From an uncultured Chloroflexia bacterium (GTDB lineage: Bacteria > Chloroflexota > Anaerolineae > Aggregatilineales > Aggregatilineaceae): a stretch of 64,000 bases of DNA. This document shows, piece after piece, positions 8,255 through 18,632 of the stretch. The position numbers and the translations under genes are program-made. The notes beneath the pieces are model-generated. The model did not search any database. It saw only the letters and a list, made by a program, of their open reading frames with translations, and had not been told where the DNA came from. The first letter of the stretch is position 1. The number at the start of each line of letters is the position of its first letter. Location of the stretch: NCBI GenBank assembly GCA_963850765.1, contig CAWKMN010000005.1:6084-70083 (forward strand), in the 5' to 3' direction.

Positions 8255-9610
8255 ATGTCCCGAAACTCGGATCCTGCCCAGCCTGTCGCCAATATGCTGC
8301 ATTCAGTCGATGCGCTCGGAGAGAACACGGGCCGCCTGTTCGGCCGGTTGTACGGCGGGCTGCGTCGCAAGCAGCAGAATCGTGACGCCGCCACCCAGCC
8401 GCGCACGCAGCTTCAGATCGAGCAGCTCAAACAGCTAACGACCACCCAGGCGACCAATATCCAGCGCCTGACGGGCGTCATGGCGGCGATCAGCGAAGGC
8501 GTCATCATGCAGGACAACGAGGGGCGCATCGTGCTGATGAACCAGGCCGCGCGCAGCCTGTTGGGGTCCGTGCGGATGTTCTGGCACAGCGAACTTGGCC
8601 GGATGTTTGCCGAGGCGCGCCACCGCACCGCGCTGGACGGCGAGATCACCCTGGGCGAGGCGCAGCGCATTGACATCAACGACCGCGTGATCGGCGCGCA
8701 GTTGGCGATCGTGGCCGACGAGCGCGGCGAGCGCCTCGGCACGGTGCTGATGCTGCGCGATGTGACTCACGACGCGCTGTCCGACCGGCTGAAGGACCAG
8801 TTCGTGACGCAGATGAGTCACGAACTGCGCACGCCGCTGACCGTGATCAAGGGGATGAGCGAGGTTCTGCTGGCGCTGCCCGAAGGCCGCCCGCCGGATC
8901 GTAAATTCCTCGAGGCGATCAGCCGGAACGCCGCGCTGCTGGACCGGATGATCGTGGAACTGCTGGATATTTCCGAGATCGGGGCGGGTAGTTTTGCCGT
9001 GCGCCAGCACGATATTCACCTGCCCGAATTGATCTTTACGGTCATCCAGGGGTTAAAGCCACGGATCGAAAAAGCCGAGCTGTATCTGGGCGTGATGGTC
9101 ACGAATCGCGACCGTCTGAGCGTGCTCGGCGATGATCGCCGCTTGCAGTGGGCGACCGGGCACCTGCTGGACAACTGCGTCAAATACACCGAACCGGGCG
9201 GCGAGATCATGCTGCGCCTGGGGCGCATCCGCGATCGGTATATGCTGATCGAAGTGAGCGATACCGGCGTTGGCATCCATCCCGACGATCTGCCGCACGT
9301 CTTCGAGCGGTTCTACCGGGGTACCGCGCGTGATGCGTCTGGCAAGGTGATCGATCCGCGCGGGCTGGGGCAGGGGCTGTTTGTCGCGCGGGCCGTGGCC
9401 GAAGCTCACGGGGGTTATCTCAGCGTGGCCAGCGCCGTGGGCGAAGGCAGCACCTTCACACTGGCGCTGCCGCTCGGTGGCAAGAACGGCTCCAAGTCGC
9501 CGCTGCCCGATATGCCCGCCGCCCCGCCGGAGATGCCTCCCCCGCCGCCGGACATCATCGAACCGCCTCCGGATATGTTCAGTTCCACTCAGCGCCGCCT
9601 GCGGATGTAA
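8255..9610 (+). CDS. soluble PAS sensor histidine kinase
   Basis: PAS (ISEGVIMQDNEGRIVLMNQAA), canonical H-box MSHELRTPL, N-box LLDNCVKY, G-boxes DTGVGI and GLGQGL. No TM. Pro-rich C-terminal tail. Confidence 0.9.
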   Translation: MSRNSDPAQPVANMLHSVDALGENTGRLFGRLYGGLRRKQQNRDAATQPRTQLQIEQLKQLTTTQATNIQRLTGVMAAISEGVIMQDNEGRIVLMNQAARSLLGSVRMFWHSELGRMFAEARHRTALDGEITLGEAQRIDINDRVIGAQLAIVADERGERLGTVLMLRDVTHDALSDRLKDQFVTQMSHELRTPLTVIKGMSEVLLALPEGRPPDRKFLEAISRNAALLDRMIVELLDISEIGAGSFAVRQHDIHLPELIFTVIQGLKPRIEKAELYLGVMVTNRDRLSVLGDDRRLQWATGHLLDNCVKYTEPGGEIMLRLGRIRDRYMLIEVSDTGVGIHPDDLPHVFERFYRGTARDASGKVIDPRGLGQGLFVARAVAEAHGGYLSVASAVGEGSTFTLALPLGGKNGSKSPLPDMPAAPPEMPPPPPDIIEPPPDMFSSTQRRLRM

Positions 9611-9755
9611 CTGGGCTTTTCCCGTATCCCGTCTTTCTCCGTGGATTGATATCTGGACGGGCGTATCGCCATCCGCCCCTGTACAATATTGCCACTTTCT
9701 CTCAGCACCGCCCAACTATTATGTGTGCTAAGATCATCCCAGGAGCGACGGTAGG

Positions 9756-10325
9756 GTGATGTGGCGGCTGTGGTTATTGGTTGGTGGATTGCTGGTCATC
9801 TGGATAATCCTCATCGCCGGGGCGCGCGCGCTTGCCCGGCAGACTCCCCTGCCTCCTACGTACCTCGACACCGGCTCCTGCGATCAGCCCTGTTGGGGAG
9901 GTTTCCAGCCCGGCGGTTTCACCGTGGCGGGGGTCAACAGCCTCGGACGTGATGACGGGCCGGGGCCGTATTATATGACCCGCATCGGAAACTACGGTGG
10001 CCGGACGGTGATGAATTTTGAGATCTCGACAGCGGGCCGTTTGTCGCTGGCGGATGTCGTGAACGAGTTCGGCGCGCCGGAACGGATCGAATGTCCAGGA
10101 GTGGGCCTCTCGCCGGGCAGCCCACCGATCATCACCACCCGGCTCTACTTTTTCGATGGGCTGGTGGTCGCGTATGCGCTGGGACCGGACGACCTGCCGC
10201 GTGTGTCGCCCGATATGCACGTTCACTCGGTGACGTACTACGCACCCGGCGAGCCCGCCTACCGGATCGGCGATTCCGTCCCCTGGCTGGGCTTCGCCGC
10301 CGCCCAGCGTTACTGCTCATCCTGA
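9756..10325 (+). CDS. hypothetical membrane-anchored protein
   Basis: N-terminal TM (WRLWLLVGGLLVIWIILIAG). Coding-like composition. No domain recognised. Confidence 0.45.
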   Translation: MMWRLWLLVGGLLVIWIILIAGARALARQTPLPPTYLDTGSCDQPCWGGFQPGGFTVAGVNSLGRDDGPGPYYMTRIGNYGGRTVMNFEISTAGRLSLADVVNEFGAPERIECPGVGLSPGSPPIITTRLYFFDGLVVAYALGPDDLPRVSPDMHVHSVTYYAPGEPAYRIGDSVPWLGFAAAQRYCSS

Positions 10326-10342
10326 CCTGCCGTGGAGCCACT

Positions 10343-11053
10343 ATGAAACCCGTTTTCATCATTGTAATCTTTTGCCTGCTGGTGTCGTTTGTCCTGGCGG
10401 TTACGATTTCGGACGTGAATAATCAGATCGTCCGGTTCGATCAGAATATGTCGGAGACATTTCGTGTCCACACGTCTTCTACTGAAAGAACCATTTTTGA
10501 GCAGATCACGCGGTTGGGCGGGACCGCCCTCTGGTTTGTCAGCGGGGCCGGTGCGGCCTTTTTGCTGGCTCAGCGGCGTTACGCCGACCTTGTGACCGGC
10601 GTGGTGGTGATCGGCGGGGGCAAGCTGCTGAACCTGTGGCTGAAAGGCGGCTTTGACCGTCCGCGCCCGGAATGGGGCGAGTGGTTGCGAGGTGGCCTCG
10701 AATTATTTTCGTTTCCCAGCGGGCACGCCATGATGTCGCTGCTCGTCTACGGCTATCTGGCCGTGGTGCTGTGGCGGATGATGCCCACCCGTTCCGTGCA
10801 GATCGCGCTGGCGGCCGGTACGGTGGTGCTCGTCGGCCTGATCGGACTCAGCCGTGTTGCCCTGGGAAGACACTATCCCAGTGATGTGCTTGCGGGTTAT
10901 TCGATGGGCGGCGCGTGGCTGAGTTTGTGTCTCGCCGGTAGAATGTGGATCGAGGACTATCGGCGAGTCCGCGCTCGACACCCGTATCCGGTTACGAAAC
11001 AGGAGGAGGAGACCGTTTATGAGACGAATCGCGGTATTGACCAGCGGAGGTGA
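10343..11053 (+). CDS. PAP2-family phosphatase (phosphatidic acid / undecaprenyl-PP phosphatase-like)
   Basis: PAP2 motifs KxxxxxxRP (KGGFDRPRP), SFPSGH and SRVALGRHYPSDV. ATG at 10343 within the longer ORF 10091..11053. Confidence 0.8.
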   Translation: MKPVFIIVIFCLLVSFVLAVTISDVNNQIVRFDQNMSETFRVHTSSTERTIFEQITRLGGTALWFVSGAGAAFLLAQRRYADLVTGVVVIGGGKLLNLWLKGGFDRPRPEWGEWLRGGLELFSFPSGHAMMSLLVYGYLAVVLWRMMPTRSVQIALAAGTVVLVGLIGLSRVALGRHYPSDVLAGYSMGGAWLSLCLAGRMWIEDYRRVRARHPYPVTKQEEETVYETNRGIDQRR

Positions 11054-11990
11054 TGCCCCCGGCATGAACGCCGCCATCCGGTCGGTGGTGCGCACCGGAA
11101 TCGATTACGGCTGGGATGTTTATGGGGTTGAACACGGCTACCAGGGCCTTGTCAGCGGTGACATGATCCCGATAGGCCGGCGTGACGTCGGCGGGATCAT
11201 CCAGCAGGGCGGGACGATGCTCGGCAGCGCGCGCTGCCCGGAGTTCAAAACCGACGAGGGACGCCGCAAAGCTGTCCACGAGCTGAACAAAGCCGGCATT
11301 GAGGCGCTGGTCGTCATCGGCGGCAATGGCTCGCAGACCGGCTCTTATGAATTGTGGAAGCTGGGCTATCCGGTCGTCGGCGTCGCCTCGACCATCGATA
11401 ACGATCTCTACGGCTCCGACATTACCATCGGCGTGGACACGGCGCTCAACATCGCGCTGGAAGCGATCGACCGGCTCAAAGTCACCGCCTCATCGCATGA
11501 GCGCGCGTTTCTGGTCGAGGTTATGGGGCGCGACTCGGGCTATCTCGCGCTGATGTCGGGCATCGCGGGCGGCGCAGAGGGTGTGTGCATCCCCGAAGTT
11601 GAAACGTCGCCCGAAGCCGTAGCCGACCTGATCCAGATGGCCTATGAGCGCGGCAAAAAACACGCGCTGATCGTCGTGGCCGAGGGTGCGAAGTACGACG
11701 CGGCCGGGCTGGCGAAGTATTTCGAGGAGCACGGCGAGGATCTGGGTTTCGCCTTGCGCGTGACGACGCTCGGCCATGTCCAGCGCGGCGGGATGCCCGG
11801 TGCCTATGACCGGCTGCTCGGCACGCGGCTGGCCGCCAAGGCGACGGAAATGATCAAGCAGGGGAAATTCGGCGTGCTGGCCGGCCACCTGAAGGGCGAG
11901 ATCACGACAACGCCGCTCGACGAGGTGGTATCCAACCGCAAACAGCTTGACCCGGCGCTGGTCGAACTGGCGGGCGTGCTGGCGAAGTAG
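11019..11990 (+). CDS. pfkA: ATP-dependent 6-phosphofructokinase
   Basis: MRRIAVLTSGGDAPGMNAAIR, GGNGS, TIDNDL and MGR motifs. Full length, 323 aa. Confidence 0.9.
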   Translation: MRRIAVLTSGGDAPGMNAAIRSVVRTGIDYGWDVYGVEHGYQGLVSGDMIPIGRRDVGGIIQQGGTMLGSARCPEFKTDEGRRKAVHELNKAGIEALVVIGGNGSQTGSYELWKLGYPVVGVASTIDNDLYGSDITIGVDTALNIALEAIDRLKVTASSHERAFLVEVMGRDSGYLALMSGIAGGAEGVCIPEVETSPEAVADLIQMAYERGKKHALIVVAEGAKYDAAGLAKYFEEHGEDLGFALRVTTLGHVQRGGMPGAYDRLLGTRLAAKATEMIKQGKFGVLAGHLKGEITTTPLDEVVSNRKQLDPALVELAGVLAK

Positions 11991-11994
11991 AGCC

Positions 11995-12329
11995 GTCAGC
12001 GGTTAGCGGTTGGCGGTTAGCCGTTAGCATTATCTCGCTCTCGACTGTCTCACAATGGGACAAGGACAGGCCCCTAACCCCCTACCCCTTCCCCCAGCCA
12101 AGCCAGGGGAAGGGGAGAATATCGCTGGCGGATCTCCTCTCCCTAGCTCGGCTGGGGAGAGGGCAGGGTGAGGGGCGTTTTCAACGATCCCAAACCGCCC
12201 TGAGCAGTTCTCCGGGTCGCCCCTACGTTTTACCCCTCCCTAAATCCCTCCCCGCAAGCGGAGAGGGACTTAACGGCGTGCATTGTGCTCCCCGCTCCAT
12301 CTTGAATGGAGAGGGGTCGAGGGTGAGGC
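11995..12329. repeat. composite intergenic repeat block
   Basis: GGTTAGC-type heptamers (11995-12028). Hairpins ccccttcccc..ggggaagggg and ctctccctagctcggctggggagag. Fragment ccgggtcgcccctacg. ttttacccctccctaaatccctccccgcaagcggagaggga, as at 7355. Confidence 0.75.
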
Positions 12330-12449
12330 TGTTCCCCTTAATCCTCCTATTCGCCTTTGCATTACCCACCCGCCACCTCAATCATCTAGAATTGTTATGA
12401 TGCTCCTGATAAAAAATCATCCGGTAAAGGCGAGGAGGCTGCCCAACTC

Positions 12450-14961
12450 ATGATCCAAACACGTCTGCGCAAAATTCTACGGGACATCGGATCGCGAAAG
12501 ACACGCACGTTTCTCGTATCGTTCAGCATCTTTATCGGCGTGTTCGGCGTTGTGGCGCTGTTCTCGACGGGCGAACTGCTGATCAACCAGCTTGAGAAGG
12601 ACATCCAGAAAGACCGGCTGGCGATGATGCGCATTGTGCTGACGTCCAGCCGCGAGGCCGAGATCGATAACCCGGCGTATTTGGCCGCGCTGCGCCAGGA
12701 GCCGGGTGTGGCGGTGGTCGAAGGACGTGCCGTGTATCCGCTGCTGTGGAAACTGCCCGACGAAGATCGCTTCCGCGACGGCACCATCGCCGCGTACAGC
12801 GAGCCGATCGACCAGTTGGTGCTGGATCCCCCACGCCTGATCGACGGGGACTTCCCGGTGACCGGGCAGGGACAGATTGCGATCGAGCGGCGCATGGCGG
12901 ATCGCTGGGGGCTGGACGTCGGTGATACGATCGACGTGCGCATCCTGACGGCTGGCGCGGGCGAGATTGTGCAGGAGACTCTGGACGATCAGCGGCATCG
13001 TCTTTCAGGCTTACGGTGAGCAAACCGGCCCTGGTTTTGCGGATTACGAGACGCTGACCTTCTCGACCTACGACGATGCGCAGCATATCGCGGGGTTTAA
13101 CGGGTTCAGCCACTTCTACGCGCGCTTCACGGATTACGAGACCGCCAAGGCCGAGTCGGCCAATATCCAGGCGGCGATTGCCAACACCAGCCCGTATGTC
13201 CCGGTGTTCGCGGCGGTGGAAAACCCCGACAAGAGCCCGCTGATCGAGAACACGCGCCAGACGAACGCCGTGTTGTTTATGCTGGCGATGGTCGCGCTGA
13301 TTGTATCCGGCTTCCTGGTGGTCAACGTCATCAACTCGATCGTGGTGGAGCAGCGGCGGCAGATCGGCGTGATGAAATCGCTTGGCGCCAGCCGCTTCGA
13401 CAACTTCTATATTTTCGCCGGCATGGCCCTGACCTACGGCATCCTTGGGGTCATCCCCGGCGTGCTGCTCGGTATTCCCGGTGGATTTTACATGGCGAAG
13501 GCGCTGGCCGAGCAGAACAACACCATCATCGAGGATTTTGTTATCTCGCCCACCGGGGTCATCCTGGGGATCGTCGTGGGGCTGGCCGTCCCGCTGCTTG
13601 CCGCGCTGGTTCCCGTGTTCAATGGCACGCGCGTCAGTATTCTGGATGCCATGACCGACTATGGCATCTCTTCCGATTACGGCAAAGGTCCGCTGGCCCG
13701 GGTGATCAAGTCACTGCCGCTGCCGCTCACGCTGCGGCAGGCGTTCAACAACGTGAATCAGAAGAAGTTCCGGCTGGCGCTGACCGGTGCCACCCTGACG
13801 ATTGCCGTCGGCGCGTTTATGGGGATTTTTGCCGTGTTCTCGTCGCTCACGGCGGTGATCGATGATATTTTCGCCGTGTTCGGCAGCCAGGCGTCGATTG
13901 CCCCCACCGAGGGCCAGCGTTACGAAGTGATCCGCGATCTGGTGATGTCGGACGAACTGGCGCAGCGGCTCGAAGAAAATGACCTGCCGCCCGTAAAGGC
14001 GGTCGAGCCGGGCGCACAGCTCGCCATCGAGATCGAAGGTTACGAGCCACCGCCTGTCCAGGCAGGGCCGCCCGGTGTTTCGGCCATCGGAATGAACACC
14101 AACAACCCGGATCTGGTCGATTTTGACATGCGCTCCGGCACGGATTGGCGCGACGATCCTAACCTGGAAGGCATCGTCGTCAGTTCGCAACTGGCGGACC
14201 ACACCGGGAAAGATACGGGCGATTCCATCGTCATGATGGCGGGCGGCGGCCGCGGCACCTTTACGATCATCGGCGTGGTGGAATACCCGTTCGACTGGGT
14301 GTGGATGCGCTATGAAGATCTGGCCCGGCTGGGTAATCTGTACCTTAACGCTTCGCAGTCCTCCGACCAGGCCTCGCAAGACCCTGTTGGTGAGGGCGAA
14401 ATCTACCCCAACTCGATCAGTCTGATCCTCGACGCGAAAGATCCTACTGCCGCGCAGGTGGATGCCGTGAACGAGGAGATCAATCAACTTCTGCTCGCGC
14501 AGGGTATCACGGCTAACTACACCAATTGGGTTGAATTTCGGGATTTCATCTCGCAGTTCATCCTGGTCTTTAACATCATCCTGTACTTCGCGGCCGCGCT
14601 GATCGCGCTGGTCGGCGCGATCGGCCTGCTCACCAGCCTGTCGATGAGCGTGTTCGAGCGCCAGAAGGAGATCGGCGTGATGCGCTCGGTGGGGGCCACG
14701 TCGGGATCGGTGGCGCTGCAATTCCTGGTCGAAGGGCTGACGATCGGCCTGCTCGCGTGGGTGATCGGCATCCCGATCGGGTATCTGATCAGCGTGGCGC
14801 TGAACGAGGCGCTGCCGTTCCAGAATTTGGGCGGCGGCTTCCCGCTGGAGACGATCCTGCTCGGTCTGGTTGGGATGATCATCGTGGTGACGATCGCGAG
14901 TCTGTGGCCGTCGCTGGCTGCCGCGCGCCGCACGATCTCCGATATTCTGCGGTATCAGTAG
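12450..14961 (+). pseudogene. ABC-transporter permease with two FtsX domains (MacB/YbbP-like), frame disrupted near 12980
   Basis: Fragments 12450..13019 and 12967..14961 are contiguous parts of one protein (..AGAGEIVQET / WTISGIVFQAYGEQ..). Two FtsX modules (EQRRQIGVMKSLGAS and ERQKEIGVMRSVGAT). +1 shift. Confidence 0.8.
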
Positions 14962-14970
14962 TACGATTAG

Positions 14971-15154
14971 CCTCACCCCCCGGCCCCCTCTCCACGTGGT
15001 AGAGAGGGGAGGGTTGCTCGCATCCACTGTAGGGGCGGGTTAACAAACCCGCCCTGGGCGACTCAGCGGGTCGCCCCTACATGTCCATGACATCCTCACC
15101 GTTCTTGTACAAGTCCCCTCTCCAGCACATGGAGAGGGGATTTAGGGGTGAGGC
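14971..15154. repeat. composite intergenic repeat block including a 54-nt three-hairpin element (15028-15081)
   Basis: cctcaccccccggccccctctccacgtggtagagagggga; tgtaggggcgggttaacaaacccgccctgggcgactcagcgggtcgcccctaca; gtcccctctccagcacatggagaggggatttaggggtgaggc. Confidence 0.8.
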
Positions 15155-15165
15155 TGACCCCACCA

Positions 15166-15194
15166 TAGCCAAATCCACCACGGCGCGGTACAAT
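15166..15194 (+). promoter_or_regulatory. candidate sigma-70-type promoter for sat
   Basis: -35 TAGCCA (15166-15171), 17-nt spacer, -10 TACAAT (15189-15194). About 55 nt upstream of the ATG at 15251. Confidence 0.35.
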
Positions 15195-15250
15195 GCGCCC
15201 CCGGAGCGCGCCCTTGCGCTCCGATCCGTGTCTATGCTGAAGGACTGGTT

Positions 15251-16451
15251 ATGGCTGAACAACGCACTTTTCCTCTGATTGCGCCCCATGGTGGCGTCTT
15301 GATCAACCGGCTGCTCGACGGTGAAATGCGCGATCTGATGCGCGAACGGGCGCAAACCCTCAAGCGCGTGCCGCTCTCCCCGCTGAACGTGGCCGACCTC
15401 GAATGTGTCTCGACGGGCGTTTACAGCCCGCTGACCGGCTACATGGGGCAGGCGGATTACACCAGCGTCGTACACGATATGCACCTGACGAACGGCCTGC
15501 CGTGGACGGTGCCCGTCACGCTGGCCGTGACAGACGATCTCGCGGACTCGATCCGTATCGGGGAGAGCGTCGCGCTGGCCGAAGAAACGCCCGAAGGCGA
15601 GCGCCTGCTGGCCGTGCTGACCGTGACCGAGAAGTATCAAGTACGATAAGCAGGTCGAAGCGCAGAACGTCTTCCGCACCACCGACGCCGAGCATCCCGG
15701 CGTGGCGCGCGTCTACGCGCAGGGCGACGTGGTTCTGGCCGGCGACGTGTGGGTGTTTGACCGCCCCTACGAAGTCGTGACGAGCTTCCAGGATATTCGC
15801 TTCACCCCGGCGGATACGCGGCGCATCTTCGCGGAACGGGGCTGGCGGCGCGTGGTCGCCTTCCAGACGCGCAACCCGATTCACCGCGCGCACGAATATC
15901 TGCAAAAAGTGGCGCTGGAAGTGGTCGATGGGCTGATGCTGCATCCGCTGGTGGGCGAGACGAAATCCGACGACGTGCCCGCCGATGTGCGCGTTGCGAG
16001 CTATCAGGCGATCCTCGACACGTATTATCCGATGGACCGCGTGCTGCTGAACGCATTCCCGGCGGCCATGCGCTACGCCGGCCCGCGCGAAGCGATCTTC
16101 CACGCCATCGCGCGCAAGAATTACGGCTGCTCGCACTTCATCGTCGGGCGCGATCACGCCGGTGTGGGCAAATATTACGGCTCCTACGACGCGCACCTGA
16201 TCTTTGACGAGTTCGACCCGCAAAAGCTGGCGATCACGCCGCTGTTCTTCGAGCACGCCTTCTACTGCAAGCAGTGTGAAGCGGTGGTCACGGCCAAGAC
16301 CTGCCCGCACGGCAAAGATTCGTGGGTCTTCCTGAGCGGGACGCAGGTCCGCGAGATGCTGTCACGCGGGGAGATGCTGCCGGTGGAGTTCACGCGGCCC
16401 GAAGTCAGCAAGGTGCTGATGGACGGTATTCGCGCCAAGAACGGAAGATAG
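15251..16451 (+). pseudogene. sat: sulfate adenylyltransferase (ATP sulfurylase), frame disrupted near 15641
   Basis: Fragment 15251..15649 (PUA-like N-domain) continues in the +1 frame from 15645 ([20 protein letters not shown]..). [11 protein letters not shown] and GRDHAG motifs are in the second fragment. Confidence 0.85.
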
Positions 16452-16739
16452 CGGTTAGCGGTTAGCGCTTACCTCACCTGACCCCCCGTGCCCGCACGCT
16501 GCCACGCGCGGAGAGGGGGAGCCGGTGGCGAACAAGGTGGAGTAGGGGCGGGTTAACAAACCCGCCCTGTTTTCTAAAGCTTTACGCGACTCTACTTTGC
16601 GATTAGCGGTTGGCGGTTAGCCAACCTCACCCCTGGCCCCATGCCCCTCCCCCTAACCCCTCCCCACATTGTGGAGAGGGGGAAGAATTGGTGCGACTTA
16701 AGTCCCTCTCCGCTTGCGGGGAGGGATTTAGGGAGGGGC
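16451..16739. repeat. composite intergenic repeat block between convergent genes
   Basis: GGTTAGC heptamers (16451-16468 and 16601-16622), a ttacctcac..cgcgcggagagggggagccgg module, agtaggggcgggttaacaaacccgccctg (16541-16569), and two further CCCTC..GGAGGG hairpins. Confidence 0.75.
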
Positions 16740-16743
16740 TAAT

Positions 16744-18548
16744 CTATGGCAGATCCACCGAGCAGCGACCCGCCGCCGTCTGGCAGGTGGCGATGGGAGC
16801 CCCGTTGTGATTCACCGTGAACGTGCCCTGCGTCCAGAAGGTATAGGCGCTGTTCGCCACCCATCCCTGGCGCGCGTCGCCGCATTCGGCTGGCGCGGGC
16901 TGAGTCCCCAGTTCAAACGGAAAGACCATCAGGCAGCCAACGTCCTTAAACGCATTCAGCGGCGAGGCGGTGTATTCGGTCCAGATCGTCGCCGGCACCG
17001 TCATACCCGCGCCAGTAAAACTCAGCGGTGTCAGATCCACCGCCTGGCCGGACGTGTTCTTGAGCGTGAACACCGCCGGATTCGCCGTGTAGATCAGCAG
17101 CAGATCTTCCGCGCCGGGGGTGGTGCCGGGCACTGCCGGAGTCTCACCTGGAGCGGTGGCGCTGGTGCCTTCGTTGGGCAGGCCGGGTGTGGTCGGCGGC
17201 TGGAAGACCGGGAACACGTCCATGCCGGGGTTGTTGGTCAGCCGCGAGACGCCGATCCCACTGGCACGAATGGAATACAGATCGTAATTGCCCGACGAAT
17301 CATCGGCATAGACCAGCCACAGGCCGCCCGGCGACCATGTCAGGCCGCTCACCTTGCCGCCGTTGACCGTATACTGGATCTTATCGGTGCCGTCCGCGCG
17401 GATGCTGAAGATCTCTTCACGCCCGCTGCCGACCGGGCTTTCGGCTACATACGCGATGCGCGCGCCGTCCGGCGACCAGACCGGGTTACGCACCTTCTCA
17501 TTGGTCGTCAGGGCGCGCGGCCCGGTCGGATCGACCACCCACAGATCGACCGCGCCGCTGGTCGAGGTGGCGGCAAACGCCAGCTTGCCATCGCGTGACC
17601 AGACCGGCTCGCCATCTGCCGTGGCGTTATTGGTGACACGGGTCGGCGCGGAGCCATCCGCTGCGCTCATCGTGTAGATCTCAGCATTGCCGTCGCGATC
17701 CGACACAAAGGCGATGCGCGCGCCATCGAACGACCACGCGGGTTCTCGGTCCATGTTGGGGCTGTTGGTCAGGTTGCGCGGGCTTGAGCCGTCCACGTTG
17801 GCGGTGTAGATTTCCTCGTTCCCATCCCGATCCGAGACAAAGACGATGCGCAGGCCATCCGGCGCGAACGAGGCCCAGGTGTTGTTGCCCCCGGTGCCGT
17901 TGGTCAGATTGCGCAGCTCAAACGGGGCCGGATTCCACACCTGCGACCCGTCCGCCGCCGCGATCCGGTTGGTGGTGGCGAGCCACAGATCACGCCCATC
18001 GGAGAAGATCAGCCGCGAGCCATCGGGCGACCACATCAGCCGGTGATCGGGGCTGGGCGCGGTGCCAATCGTGCGCAGATCCTGCCCGCTGACCTGCATC
18101 ACCGTCGGGATCAGATACCCCTCATAGCCGGACAGGTAGCGATCAGGACGTTCGGCAGGTTGGGCCGGGTGCCGGCGGATAGTTGAGCATCCAGCACGGG
18201 CCAGGGTTCGACCCAGTATTTGCCGGGTTCACCTTCGGCCGTCCAGCCGGTCTGACCATCCCAGCGGCGCACCTGCCACCACCAGAAATTCTCGGCGCAC
18301 TGCGGCCCACTGAGCACGCTGAAGACTTCGCCATCGGCCAGCACGCCCAACACGGTTGCGCCCATGTTGGCGGTCGCGCGGAGATTGTTGCCGGTGCCAT
18401 CACTCACCACCACGCGCGCGCTCTGCCCGACGGTCAGTCGTGGAGCCTGTGCGGTTCCACAGGTGCCCTGCGCGGCGGCGCGTTCGAATGTGGGCAGAGC
18501 GGTCATAATCAGGACTGCCAGCAGAATCAAGGTTCCTATACGACGCAT
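16744..18548 (-). CDS. secreted SH3-domain / TolB-like (PD40 repeat) beta-propeller protein; probably one gene split by a frame shift near 18135
   Basis: Fragment 18111..18548 has a signal peptide and an SH3_3-like domain. Fragment 16744..18102 has repeated DGxxIxFxSDRDGNxEIY PD40 motifs but no signal peptide. The downstream frame stays open across the junction (..PDRYLSGYEGYLIPTVMQ..). Confidence 0.6.
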
Positions 18549-18632
18549 GAAAAATTCCCTCCTGTGAATCAATAGCATGAGGCCCGATTTTCGCATCATT
18601 CCCCGGTGTGACCCAATACGCCGCGCCTGTGA

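Noticed and set aside
12975-12990. Programmed ribosomal frameshifting as an explanation for the split genes
   Set aside because: There is no slippery heptamer at the sites examined. The shifts go in both directions. They occur in about 11 unrelated genes, several more than once, which is implausible for programmed events.
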